The translations under genes and the position numbers were made by a program. Shown here piece after piece: positions 27,096 through 36,215 of a stretch of DNA of 64,000 bases. The notes beneath the pieces are model-generated. The model saw only the letters and a list, made by a program, of their open reading frames with translations, was not told the DNA's origin and made no database searches. The stretch lies in assembly GCA_016841065.1 (NCBI GenBank), contig JAENZW010000001.1, positions 6,502 to 70,501 of the forward strand, given 5' to 3'. The stretch is from Actinomycetota bacterium. Its GTDB lineage: Bacteria; Actinomycetota; Coriobacteriia; Anaerosomatales; JAENZW01. How positions within the stretch are numbered: position 1 is the first letter of the stretch; each line of letters starts with the position of its first letter.

Positions 27096-27815
27096 CTACA
27101 CCTCTAGCGACGGTAGATACCGCCCGAGCCACGCCATGACCTCGGCGAGCCGTCCCGTCAACAGCAACGCGCCGATTGCCACGAGGAGCACGCCAGCAAA
27201 ACGATTGATGCCCTTCGAGTGGCGGGACAACCACCTGAGCAATGGGGTGACCTTGTTCAGGAGCAGGCTGGTCGCAACGAAGGGCAACGCAAGACCGAGA
27301 GAGTACACGAACAGGAGCCAGGCGCCCTGTGCGGCAGTCTCCCTCGTTCCGGCGAGCATCAGAATGGGACCGTACACCGGTCCCGCACACAGACCCATGG
27401 CCAGCGGAAACGCAAGTCCGAGCACGAAAGCTGCCACCGGCCCGAAGCGCCGGAATCGCGCAGCGTCGACGGACACACCGTGAAGCCACGGAATAGGGAG
27501 CACGTCGATAAGGATGATGCCGAGGAGTATCAGCGCAACGCCGATGACCCCGTCCAGCAGCGTCCGGTTGGACTCGAAGAACGAGCCGAGCACCGACGCG
27601 CTCGCGCCAAGGCCGACGAACACAATCGTGAAGCCGGCGACGAAAAGGAGCACCGGTCCCAGAATTCGCGCGATGCTGCGATCCTCCGCGGTGAGCTCGG
27701 TCAGAGACATCCCTGTCATGAAAGCGATGTACACCGGCACGAGCGGCAAGACGCACGGCGTGAGAAATGACAGGAGTCCAGCGACGAATGCCGCAGCTGG
27801 CCCTACATCCATCAA
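27096..27815 (-). CDS. ccdA: cytochrome c biogenesis / thiol-disulfide electron transporter CcdA (DsbD-family TM domain)
   Basis: 239-aa polytopic ORF with the FLTPCVLPLVPVYI motif (first conserved Cys) and a second Cys in GLCAGPVYGPI. Confidence 0.85.
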   Translation of the reverse strand: MMDVGPAAAFVAGLLSFLTPCVLPLVPVYIAFMTGMSLTELTAEDRSIARILGPVLLFVAGFTIVFVGLGASASVLGSFFESNRTLLDGVIGVALILLGIILIDVLPIPWLHGVSVDAARFRRFGPVAAFVLGLAFPLAMGLCAGPVYGPILMLAGTRETAAQGAWLLFVYSLGLALPFVATSLLLNKVTPLLRWLSRHSKGINRFAGVLLVAIGALLLTGRLAEVMAWLGRYLPSLEV

Positions 27816-27904
27816 AGTACCTCCAACATCAGAAACCGGTCTGAGTCGCCGAAGCGCCTCCGGAACTGTGTGGTCACCGGGCGCGTCGACTCTGGTGCAG
27901 TTTG

Positions 27905-27933
27905 AGTATACCCATGGGGGTATCGCATGACAA
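27905..27933 (-). promoter_or_regulatory. sigma-70-type promoter of ccdA with embedded CsoR-family-type operator
   Basis: Minus strand TTGTCA (27933..27928), 17-nt spacer, TATACT (27910..27905). The spacer contains ATACCCCCATGGGTAT (27908..27923). The 20-nt string tatacccatgggggtatcgc (27907..27926) is identical to 41025..41044. Confidence 0.65.
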
Positions 27934-27964
27934 ATCCCCTGCTGCGTTGCGACTGAGCATTAGT

Positions 27965-30604
27965 CTAGCGGAGTGTCGGCCTGAACCGGCGCAACAGCAG
28001 TGAGTTGGTCACAACGCTGACACTCGAGAACGCCATCGCCGCACCGGCCAGCCACGGTGCGCGTGACAGCAGACCGATCGCCGCAAGCGGAATGCCCAGC
28101 ATGTTGTAGCCGAGCGCCCACACGAAGTTTGCGCGTATCTTGCGCATCGTTGCCCGTGAGAGTTCGACCGCAGTGACCACGTCGCGAAGGTCGTTTCGAA
28201 TCAACACGACACCACCGGTCTCCATCGCGACATCGGTTCCGGCACCCATCGCGATGCCGACGTCCGACTGCGCAATCGCCGGCGTGTCGTTGATGCCGTC
28301 GCCAACCATGGCGACCTTGTTGCCCTCCTGCTGCAAGCGCTTGACCTCTTCGGCCTTGCGCTCGGGGAGGACTTCCGCGAGCACGCGGTCAGCAGATATG
28401 CCCGCCTGCGCAGCCACTGCCTCCGCTGTGCGGCGATTGTCACCCGTGATCATGTAGGCTTCGATGCCCATGCGAGACAGACGTGCGACAGCGTCGGCGC
28501 TATGCTCCTTGAGAGTGTCGGCGACGGCGAGAAGTGCTACGGCCGCGCCATCAACACCCAGGAACATCACCGTCTTGCCGTCGCACTCCATCGCAGACAC
28601 GCGCTCCTCGTACGCTGCGGCATCGACACTCTCCCGCTGCATCAAGGCCCGGTTGCCGAGCAAGACTCTTGCGCCCTGTACGATTCCCTCAACACCGTGT
28701 CCGGGTACGGCCGAGAAGCCCTCGACCGGCAGCAGCTCTGCTCCAGCCTCCTTCGCGGCAGCAACTATCGCCTCCGCCAGCGGATGCTCGCTCCCACGTT
28801 CAAGCGATGCGGCAAGCAGGAGTGCCTCTTCGGAAGGGATGGTGCCCAGCGGTTCGACATCGGTCACAACCGGCGCCCCGTACGTCAGGGTGCCTGTCTT
28901 GTCGAACACGATCGTACGGATCGACTCCGCTGTTTCGAGCGCTTCTCCACCCTTGATCAGGACGCCAAGCTCGGCACCTCTGCCCGTCCCCACCATGATT
29001 GCCGTGGGCGTGGCCAGGCCGAGTGCGCACGGGCACGCTATGACGACCGTTGCCGTGGCCGCAAGAAGGGCCGCAACGAACCAGCCGCTCGATGCCGCCG
29101 CGCTCAGTATCGGATGAAGTAGCGTAGCAGCGGCCCCGACATCCGGCACAGCGCCGAAGATCGCCGGTCCGGCGAAGAACCAGAACAAGAATGTAGTTGC
29201 CGACGTCGCCAGAACGACGGGAACAAACACGGCGCTTATTCGATCAGCGAAACGCTGAACAGGTGCCTTGGAACCCTGCGCATCTTCTACCAGCTTGATG
29301 ATCTGCGCGAGCGCGGTGTCCCTCCCGACTTTCGTAGCCCGGAACGTGAACGAACCGAGTTTGTTGACGGTCGCACCGATAACACCGTCGCCCTCGTTCT
29401 TCTCGACAGGAATCGACTCGCCGGTGAGCATGGATTCGTCGACGGCCGACGATCCCCGGGCAACCGTGCCGTCCACTGGAATCTTCTCGCCGGGCCGAAC
29501 GAGAACCAGGTCCCCTACGACGACCTGCTCCACCGGGATGTCGATCTCTTCGCCGCCGCGAAGCACTCGCGCCGTCTTGGCGGCTAGCCCCATGAGCTTC
29601 CGGATGGCATCGCCCGTGCGGCCCTTGGCCCTCGTTTCGAGCATCTTGCCGAAGAGGACGAAGGTGATGAGCAGCGCGCTCGTCTCGTAGAACACCGGCT
29701 CGCCTGTCAACCAGAACGTCGCAACCACGCTGTAAGCGAATGCGGCCGACGTGCCAACGGCGATGAGCGTGTCCATATTGCCCGTACGGCGCTGCAGGGC
29801 ATGCCAGAAACCGCGGTAGTACTGGGCTCCCGCGTAGAACTGAACCGGTGCGGCGAGGGCAAGCATGATGTACTTGTGCACCATCATCACCGCAGCCTCA
29901 CCTTCGAGGCCCAGCAGGCCGGCGACCCACATGGGAATCGCCTCCATGAACGGAGGGACCATCGCGATGAAGAACAGCGGGATGGCAAGAGAGGCGGAGA
30001 GCGTCAGCAGATTGCGCTGGTGGACGTAGTGCCGCTTCTGCGCCTGTCGCTGGACGTCGCGAGCGTCTGTCGAGCCGGGAGCGGAATCCTCAACGAGGAC
30101 GGTCGCCCCGTACCCCGCACCCTTGATGATCGTGATGATCTCGTCCGGGCCGATCACTGTCGGATCGATCGTGACAGTGGCACGCTCAAGTGCGAGATTG
30201 ACCACGGCCTGCTCGATTCCGGGCTGGCGCTGCAAGGTCTTCTCGACGACAGCGACGCATGAGGCGCACGTCATCCCTGTTACGGCCAGTGTCACAGTCC
30301 CCGAGACGCTCGCCGTGGCATTCTCCACGAGCTCCGTGGCGCCATAGCCAGCCGACTTGACCTTCGCGACGATCTCCGCGACATCTAGAACGGCCGGATC
30401 GTAGCGTACGTTCAGTCGCTCAGCAGCCAGGTTGACCGAGGCATCGTCGACGCCTTCGGCCTTGCCCAGGGTCTTCTCGATCACCGCAGCGCACGATGCG
30501 CAGGTCATGCCTGTTACGGCGAATGTTGCTTCTCGTTCCGCCGTGGCCGAATCCGTAGATGGCTCGTCTTGCCGAATCGTGTCGGTAGCATCTATGTCGC
30601 CCAT
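27965..30604 (-). CDS. copA: copper-translocating P1B-type ATPase with two N-terminal HMA domains
   Basis: ORF track 27965..30739. Start trimmed to ATG 30604 because the longer form overlaps the upstream gene. Two GMTCASC metal-binding domains, a CPC motif ([11 protein letters not shown]), DKTGTLT and GDGINDTPA. Confidence 0.92.
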   Translation of the reverse strand: MGDIDATDTIRQDEPSTDSATAEREATFAVTGMTCASCAAVIEKTLGKAEGVDDASVNLAAERLNVRYDPAVLDVAEIVAKVKSAGYGATELVENATASVSGTVTLAVTGMTCASCVAVVEKTLQRQPGIEQAVVNLALERATVTIDPTVIGPDEIITIIKGAGYGATVLVEDSAPGSTDARDVQRQAQKRHYVHQRNLLTLSASLAIPLFFIAMVPPFMEAIPMWVAGLLGLEGEAAVMMVHKYIMLALAAPVQFYAGAQYYRGFWHALQRRTGNMDTLIAVGTSAAFAYSVVATFWLTGEPVFYETSALLITFVLFGKMLETRAKGRTGDAIRKLMGLAAKTARVLRGGEEIDIPVEQVVVGDLVLVRPGEKIPVDGTVARGSSAVDESMLTGESIPVEKNEGDGVIGATVNKLGSFTFRATKVGRDTALAQIIKLVEDAQGSKAPVQRFADRISAVFVPVVLATSATTFLFWFFAGPAIFGAVPDVGAAATLLHPILSAAASSGWFVAALLAATATVVIACPCALGLATPTAIMVGTGRGAELGVLIKGGEALETAESIRTIVFDKTGTLTYGAPVVTDVEPLGTIPSEEALLLAASLERGSEHPLAEAIVAAAKEAGAELLPVEGFSAVPGHGVEGIVQGARVLLGNRALMQRESVDAAAYEERVSAMECDGKTVMFLGVDGAAVALLAVADTLKEHSADAVARLSRMGIEAYMITGDNRRTAEAVAAQAGISADRVLAEVLPERKAEEVKRLQQEGNKVAMVGDGINDTPAIAQSDVGIAMGAGTDVAMETGGVVLIRNDLRDVVTAVELSRATMRKIRANFVWALGYNMLGIPLAAIGLLSRAPWLAGAAMAFSSVSVVTNSLLLRRFRPTLR

Positions 30605-30698
30605 GTCACGGGTCCTCAATCGCCGGCGTGCTCTCACTGAGACGCGCCGAATATGGTCGGTATCGAATACCTCGCGCGAACCGGAACCGCAGGCGCCG

Positions 30699-31259
30699 CT
30701 ACTGGACGACGAGCGTCCCGAAGACCATCTCCATGCCACAGGAGAAGCCGTACGTTCCTGGCTCCAGCGCTGGCAGGGTCACAGTCGCGCCGCCGTTCGT
30801 GAGGTCTTCCAGAACACCGAACTGCGGGAACTGAACCTCGGCAAGACAGCCGCTCCCCTGTCCGAAGACGATCTCGATGGGCACGCCGGACTTCGCCGTG
30901 ATCGCGTTCGGGTTGAAGGATCCTTGCGAGACGTCGACCGCGATGCGCTGGACGCCTGCATCAAGCACCGTCGCGCCCTCGATGGTCTCCGTCGATCCTC
31001 CGCAGCACGAGCCGCCTTCCGCGTCTCCGCATGCAGCGCTACCCGAGCTTCCGCCGGAGCGGTCAACTGCGGCTCCCTGGGCACCGTTGCCGGTCCCACG
31101 AGATTCTGCGATCGCTATCTGAGGGTTGCCGGCGCGCTGCGAAGCGAAGCCGTACGCCACTCCGAAGGCAAGAACCACAATGACTCCGATAAGCAGCAAC
31201 CGCGTTCGCGAATTCGTCGTGTATGCAGACTGTGAGATGGGCTCCTGATCTTCGGTCAT
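30699..31259 (-). CDS. membrane-anchored cupredoxin_1-like domain protein
   Basis: Start trimmed to ATG 31259 (GAGAGGA SD). One TM, a Cys/Gly-rich linker ([14 protein letters not shown]), then ...[16 protein letters not shown]...[18 protein letters not shown]. It is paralogous to the C-terminal domain of the 31590..32870 product. Confidence 0.75.
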   Translation of the reverse strand: MTEDQEPISQSAYTTNSRTRLLLIGVIVVLAFGVAYGFASQRAGNPQIAIAESRGTGNGAQGAAVDRSGGSSGSAACGDAEGGSCCGGSTETIEGATVLDAGVQRIAVDVSQGSFNPNAITAKSGVPIEIVFGQGSGCLAEVQFPQFGVLEDLTNGGATVTLPALEPGTYGFSCGMEMVFGTLVVQ

Positions 31260-31284
31260 GCTCGCGTGATCCTCTCTTCGTGGG

Positions 31285-31506
31285 CTATGCCTCGGAGGCC
31301 TCGTAGCCGGCGGCGCGAACTGCGCCGACGATTGCCTCCACGTCAACGGCTTCGGCATCGAACTCGACAACCGTCTCGCCCGTCGCGTAGTCCGTCTTCA
31401 CTTCCTTCACCCCGTCGAGATCCCCGACGGTCATGTCGACGAGCATAGCGCACGAATGGCAGTGCATGCCCGTCGTCTGAAGCTTGACCTGCTTCGACTC
31501 ACTCAT
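31285..31506 (-). CDS. copZ: heavy-metal-associated (HMA) domain copper chaperone
   Basis: Start trimmed to the ATG at 31506 (AGGAGG 7 nt upstream). Translation MSESKQVKLQTTGMHCHSCAMLV..., a ferredoxin-like HMA fold with an M-x-C-x-x-C variant (MHCHSC). Confidence 0.85.
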   Translation of the reverse strand: MSESKQVKLQTTGMHCHSCAMLVDMTVGDLDGVKEVKTDYATGETVVEFDAEAVDVEAIVGAVRAAGYEASEA

Positions 31507-31558
31507 TCCCATTCCTCCTGGCCCTAGGTGGCTCGTTGGGCTCTTCTTCGGCAACATA

Positions 31559-31574
31559 TGCGAGGCTCATGCCA
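31559..31574 (-). promoter_or_regulatory. sigma-54 (-24/-12) type promoter upstream of copZ
   Basis: Minus strand cTTGGCATgagccTCGCAtat. GG and GC are spaced exactly as in TGGCAC-N5-TTGCA, with two mismatches (C to T at -24, T to C at -12). It lies 53 nt upstream of the copZ ATG, in the 83-nt gap after the DsbD_2 gene. Confidence 0.55.
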
Positions 31575-31589
31575 AGAATCGGTCAGCCG

Positions 31590-32870
31590 CTAGTTTGCAG
31601 CCCCGCCGAGAAGATACCCAGCAATGACGGCGGCAACCACCGCGCCGACAGCGAGCGCTAGCTCGGCTTGCGTCAACCCCAGGATGCGAGGCACGCTCGC
31701 CGCGACCGCTCGCGAGTCGGCCGGACACGAATCGCCCGATCGCGACCTGCTCTTTCGCGTCAACGAATAGCCGACGATCGCCACCAGCAAGCCCCCGATG
31801 CCCAGACCCAGCAACGGGCTGCCTGAAATACCGGACGCAGCTTCGCCCGCAATGATTCGCCCAGACATCATCCCCATGCCGCATGTCAGTGTGTAGCTGC
31901 CTTGCGGCGTCGCCGGCAGGTCGACCACTGTCGTGTCGAAGGGCTTCAGGTCTTCGAGAACTCCCATCTGCGGAACGGCTATCTGATCGGAGCACGCGTT
32001 GTCTTCCCGCCGCTCGACCAACAGCCTCACAGGCCTGTCCGCCGGCACCTGGAGCACTTGGGGCACGAACCGCGTGTTCTCTATCAGGAGCGAAACCTCC
32101 GCGACGCCATCTTCGGCAACCTTGAAATCGAGAGGGCCCGCTTCCGGTGCGCCCAGGACGACCTGTTTGGCAGACTGAAAGGTGATTGGCGAGCCAACGA
32201 GCATCGACCCACGGTCGAAGACCACGAGCCCGAGGGCGATGACAACGACCGCAGCTGCGAGAGTCATGCGCTTCTTGAACGTGGAACCGAGATAGCCAGA
32301 TCCGACACCCATCACGATCATCAGCGGGGCCGTGCCCAGACCGAACCCGAGCATCGCGGTCGCGCCGGCGATGGCGCTTCCCGTTCCCGCCGCCGAGAGT
32401 TGAGCTGCCTGCAGTGGCGCACAGGGCATCAGGCCCGTGAGGAGACCGAATGTGATGGGGGTGGCAATCCGCACGCCTCCCGCCTTGGCTTCACTCATTG
32501 CCTTCCGGCGGTTCTTCGCAATGGCGTCCGTGAGAGCCTTCGGTGGCTTGAGGGTGAGCCGTCGTAGCAGGGGAAACCGGCCAGTCATGTTGATGCCCAG
32601 CACTACCATGAAGAGGCCAGCGAACAACATCACCCATCCGCGAATCCCCGCCAGATCGAAGGCTGCCCCGATCGCTCCGAGCACGAGTCCTACCGTGACG
32701 TAGCTGAGGATCTTTGCGGCCTGGTAGGCGGCATGCGGCTTCAGGCGGTCCATAAGAGGCCCGTCGACGCCGTCTTTGACGGCGTAGGTCACTACGATGG
32801 CACCGCACATGAAGACACAGTGCACGCTGGTGACCAGACCCAGTCCCAGCATGGTAAGGAAGCTGTCCAA
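31590..32870 (-). CDS. DsbD_2 / TauE-SafE-like membrane protein fused to a cupredoxin_1-like domain and a C-terminal TM tail
   Basis: ORF track 31590..32999. Start trimmed to TTG 32870 (GGAG 6 nt upstream; ATG 32852 is an alternative). SVHCVFMCG motif in TM1, about 6 TM helices, then ...NACSDQIAVPQMGVLEDL...GSYTLTCGMGMMSGRII. Confidence 0.75.
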   Translation of the reverse strand: MDSFLTMLGLGLVTSVHCVFMCGAIVVTYAVKDGVDGPLMDRLKPHAAYQAAKILSYVTVGLVLGAIGAAFDLAGIRGWVMLFAGLFMVVLGINMTGRFPLLRRLTLKPPKALTDAIAKNRRKAMSEAKAGGVRIATPITFGLLTGLMPCAPLQAAQLSAAGTGSAIAGATAMLGFGLGTAPLMIVMGVGSGYLGSTFKKRMTLAAAVVVIALGLVVFDRGSMLVGSPITFQSAKQVVLGAPEAGPLDFKVAEDGVAEVSLLIENTRFVPQVLQVPADRPVRLLVERREDNACSDQIAVPQMGVLEDLKPFDTTVVDLPATPQGSYTLTCGMGMMSGRIIAGEAASGISGSPLLGLGIGGLLVAIVGYSLTRKSRSRSGDSCPADSRAVAASVPRILGLTQAELALAVGAVVAAVIAGYLLGGAAN

Positions 32871-32881
32871 CCGTCGCTCCT

Positions 32882-33244
32882 CTATATGTTGTGGAAGTCC
32901 GGTGACGACAACGGTAGCTGCGTGTCGCACTCGAGCAGGGCCCCGCAGTGTGGACACATGCGCCAGTCTGTCAGGATGGAGCCACCGCACGCTGCGCACT
33001 CGGAGGTCGCCACAGGAGTCTCGTCCTCCCGCTCATCACTCGACCTGCCGCCCAGAAGCACCAACGTGATGGCGCCAATCAGAATCCCCGCGACCAGAGG
33101 AACCAGCCACCCAAGCCGTGCGAAGGCACTCTGAGAGTCTGCGTACGTGCCCTCCGCGGCGAAGAACCACGCCGCGAGACCACCCGCCAGCGCGAACGCC
33201 AGCGAGGCAATCAGAGCGAGTCTCTTCGTACGAACTTGGCGCAT
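32882..33244 (-). CDS. small membrane protein with a C-terminal zinc-ribbon (CxxC...CxxC)
   Basis: ORF track 32882..33493. Start trimmed to ATG 33244 because the longer form overlaps the EBP gene. Two TM helices, then SECAACGGSILTDWRMCPHCGALL. First gene after the sigma-54 promoter. Confidence 0.6.
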   Translation of the reverse strand: MRQVRTKRLALIASLAFALAGGLAAWFFAAEGTYADSQSAFARLGWLVPLVAGILIGAITLVLLGGRSSDEREDETPVATSECAACGGSILTDWRMCPHCGALLECDTQLPLSSPDFHNI

Positions 33245-33284
33245 GTGGGCCACCCAGGAGGAGGACGCAGGTGGCCAGAGAAGT

Positions 33285-33300
33285 TGCAAGGGCTGTGCCA
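33285..33300 (-). promoter_or_regulatory. sigma-54 (-24/-12) promoter, full consensus match
   Basis: Minus strand cTTGGCACagcccTTGCAa, which is TGGCAC-N5-TTGCA. It sits in the 68-nt gap between the NtrC-type activator gene and the Zn-ribbon gene, 41 nt upstream of ATG 33244. Confidence 0.8.
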
Positions 33301-33312
33301 AGAAACCGGACT

Positions 33313-34662
33313 CTACAAGCCGAGGCGATTCATGCGAGCCTCGAGCGTCTTCGTGGTGAGTCCGAGGAGCTTCGCAGCCTTGGGCGCGTTGCCCCCTGCC
33401 CTGCTCAGCGCCTGGCGCACGAGATCGAGTTCCACTTCCTCCAGATCGCAACCCTCTTCGGGGAGTGACATCCCCGTCTGCGAGCTCTCGCAAGAGGACG
33501 CGCCCAGTCTAACCTCTGCCGGAAGGTCCGCGAGCGTGACCACATCGCCCGGGGCGAGAATCAAGATGCGCTCGATCGTGTTCTCGAGCTCGCGAATGTT
33601 GCCTGGCCACCTGTATGTAGCGAGAGCCTCCATGGCCTCTGAAGAGATCTTCCGCTCTCCGGCGTTCAACTTCTCAAGGAAGTGCGCCACCAGGAGAGGG
33701 ATGTCACTCATTCTCTGCCGCAGGGGCGGTATCTGCAGGGGCACCACGTTCAGGCGGTAGTAGAGATCCTCCCTGAACATTCCGTCAGAGATGAGTTGCT
33801 GGAGATCCTGGTTCGTCGCGGCGATCACGCGAACATCCACCTCAATGGTACGTGTGCCACCCAGCCGCTCGAACTCGCGCTCCTGCAAAACGCGCAGAAG
33901 CTTGACCTGAGTTGCCAGGGAGATGTCCCCGATTTCATCGAGGAACAGCGTCCCGCCGTTTGCCAGCTCGAAGCGTCCGGGTTTCGCCGCCATCGCCCCG
34001 GTGAAGGCACCCTTCTCATAGCCGAACAGCTCACTCTCGAGGAGCGTCTCGGGGAGCGCTCCCGCGCTCACCGACACGAACGGCTCGTCCGCACGTTGGG
34101 ACAGCGCGTGCAACGCTCGCGCGACGAGCTCCTTGCCAGTGCCTGACTCCCCATAGATGAGGACTGTTGCGTTCGTGGGTGCGACCCTGTGAACGGAGTC
34201 GAGCAGTTCGAGCATCGCAGAATCCGCCGCAACGATTCCCTCGACGTCGTACTCCTTGTCGATTTCCTCGCGTAGGCGCTCGACCTCCGCCGCGAGGTTG
34301 CCTATCCGGATCGCTTTGTCGATGGCGATCTTGAGTTCCTCGAGATCAAACGGTTTCGTCAGATACTCCGTTGCCCCCGCCTTCATGGCCTCTACCGCGA
34401 GCGCAACGTTCCCGTGCGCCGTCAGCATGATGATGGGGAACGTGTGGCCGTCGGCGCGCAGTCTCCGCAGCACTTCCATGCCATCGGGCGCTGGCATCTT
34501 GTGATCGAGGACGAGGATATCGGGGATCTGATCGGACACCGAGGCGATAGCCTCCTTGCCATCCACCGCCTGGACGACTTCGAATCCCTCACCCTCAAGC
34601 GCCTGTGCGAGAACCCAGCGCATGTTCTTCTCGTCGTCGGCGACAAGCACCCGTCGCTTCAT
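33313..34662 (-). CDS. sigma-54-dependent response regulator (NtrC/ZraR-type enhancer-binding protein)
   Basis: 449-aa ORF. REC domain (VLVADDE...LVLDHKMP), AAA+ domain with Walker A (GESGTGKE) and the GAFTGA loop (ESELFGYEKGAFTGA), and a C-terminal HTH (GGNAPKAAKLLGLTTKTLEARM). Confidence 0.92.
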   Translation of the reverse strand: MKRRVLVADDEKNMRWVLAQALEGEGFEVVQAVDGKEAIASVSDQIPDILVLDHKMPAPDGMEVLRRLRADGHTFPIIMLTAHGNVALAVEAMKAGATEYLTKPFDLEELKIAIDKAIRIGNLAAEVERLREEIDKEYDVEGIVAADSAMLELLDSVHRVAPTNATVLIYGESGTGKELVARALHALSQRADEPFVSVSAGALPETLLESELFGYEKGAFTGAMAAKPGRFELANGGTLFLDEIGDISLATQVKLLRVLQEREFERLGGTRTIEVDVRVIAATNQDLQQLISDGMFREDLYYRLNVVPLQIPPLRQRMSDIPLLVAHFLEKLNAGERKISSEAMEALATYRWPGNIRELENTIERILILAPGDVVTLADLPAEVRLGASSCESSQTGMSLPEEGCDLEEVELDLVRQALSRAGGNAPKAAKLLGLTTKTLEARMNRLGL

Positions 34663-36215
34663 TCGCTCACTCCTCGATCGATTGCGTGTTCTTCGGACAC
34701 CGGAATCTCAACAATGAACGTAGTCCCATCCGAGGTGCTGTCGACTTCGATATGCCCATCATGAGCGTCGATGATTCGGTGCACGATCGTCAGCCCGAGC
34801 CCGGTTCCATCATCCCGTGTGGAGTAGAAGGGATCAAAGATCTTGCCTGTGGCTTCGGGTGGAATGCCGGGGCCGGTGTCGGCTACTACTACCTGCACGT
34901 AGTCCTCGTCGTACGAGGAGGAGAGTGTTATCTCCCCTCCTTCCACTTCCATCGCCTGCACAGCGTTGGTCACGAGGTTCAAGAACACCTGCTTGAGTTG
35001 GTCGGGGTCGGCAACGACATCCGGCAGGCTACCGTCGTACTCCTCGATGATCCTAACGCTCGCCTGCTTCGCAAATCGCTTGGTGAATAGCACGACATCC
35101 CGAAGAACGTCCTCCACGTCGGTGCTCACGAACGTAGGCTTCGAGGGTCTTCCGAAGTCAAGAAGTGCCTTGATGACCCGATCGAGTCGGTCGATCTCCT
35201 GCTTGACTATGTCAGTTGCCTCTCTCATCCGCTCATGATCGCCGCCAGCCTCTTCAATCAGCTGCACAGACGCACGAATGATCCCGAGCGGGTTCCTGAC
35301 CTCGTGGGCTACGCCAGCGGTCAGCTCTCCCATTGCGGCCAGGCGATCAGCGCGAATCAGCTGCTCAGTAAGCGACTGAACTTCGGACATGTCCTCCATC
35401 GTCACAACCGCACCGAACGTGCGACCACCTACTGCGCGCATCCGAGACGTAGAGACCTGTACTTGCAGTTGTTTGCCACCCCGAGTTCGAATGCCGATCT
35501 CTCTCAACACGAGCGGTACACGCCCGGAGAGCACGCGTGTGAGATCCGAATCGAGGCCCCCGTCGTCGGCCAGAATCTGCACAAGCGGCTTGGGAACCAT
35601 CTCGTACTCGCTCATGCCAAGCATTCGCTCGGCAGCCGGATTCGCGGTCGCGACCGATGCGTCGGGCCCGACCGTCAGTACCGCGGAGGTGATGGAGCGT
35701 AGGATCGACTGTGTGTAGTCCTGGATGTTGATGAGCTGGATAGCCCGTTCCTCAAGCTTGCGGTATGCGTCCTCGAGGCGTTCACTCACCTGACGCAGGT
35801 CACGCGTCTTGCCTTCCTCCATATCGCGAAGCGCCCCGAACAGCGTGCCGATGATCACATACATGACGATTTCAAGGCCGTTGTCGGCGTGCTCGCCAGT
35901 GAGTCCTCCAAGGGCCATCTGCGCGTGCATGCCGAAGGGAATCGCCGCGGCGAGCGCCGTCAGGAAGCCGCCCCTCCTTCCGAAGACGAATGCCGCATAC
36001 AGGATCGGCACGTAGTAGAGACGACGGTAGAGGAGGTGAATCGCCGCACTCTCGGCTACAGAATCCGTATACAGATGTAGAGCCGTGACGACAAACAGCA
36101 TCGCGCCGATGATGGCGACAACGCGCAGGTCCTGAATACGATTGACCTCGTCGCGCTGGTCAACGACCGGACGACTCTCATCAGCAGCCGCTGTCACCGT
36201 CGCCTCCGAGCCCAC
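34659..36215 (-). CDS. sensor histidine kinase (N-terminal 4-TM domain, PAS, HisKA, HATPase_c)
   Basis: 518-aa ORF. H-box (ELTAGVAHEVRNPL), N-box (LVTNAVQAM), G1 (DTGPGIP) and G2 (GTGLGL). The stop overlaps the EBP ATG (ATGA). The start overlaps the rpoN 3' end (GTG 36215, or the GTGA overlap at 36197). Confidence 0.88.
   Translation of the reverse strand: MGSEATVTAAADESRPVVDQRDEVNRIQDLRVVAIIGAMLFVVTALHLYTDSVAESAAIHLLYRRLYYVPILYAAFVFGRRGGFLTALAAAIPFGMHAQMALGGLTGEHADNGLEIVMYVIIGTLFGALRDMEEGKTRDLRQVSERLEDAYRKLEERAIQLINIQDYTQSILRSITSAVLTVGPDASVATANPAAERMLGMSEYEMVPKPLVQILADDGGLDSDLTRVLSGRVPLVLREIGIRTRGGKQLQVQVSTSRMRAVGGRTFGAVVTMEDMSEVQSLTEQLIRADRLAAMGELTAGVAHEVRNPLGIIRASVQLIEEAGGDHERMREATDIVKQEIDRLDRVIKALLDFGRPSKPTFVSTDVEDVLRDVVLFTKRFAKQASVRIIEEYDGSLPDVVADPDQLKQVFLNLVTNAVQAMEVEGGEITLSSSYDEDYVQVVVADTGPGIPPEATGKIFDPFYSTRDDGTGLGLTIVHRIIDAHDGHIEVDSTSDGTTFIVEIPVSEEHAIDRGVSE

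Noticed and set aside
30659-30671. GGTAT-cga-ATACC inverted repeat between the cupredoxin gene and copA, considered as a fourth CsoR-type operator.
   Set aside because: The arms are in the opposite order (GGTAT...ATACC instead of ATACC...GGTAT), there are no C/G tracts, and no -35/-10 pair surrounds it. It is probably just a small RNA hairpin.
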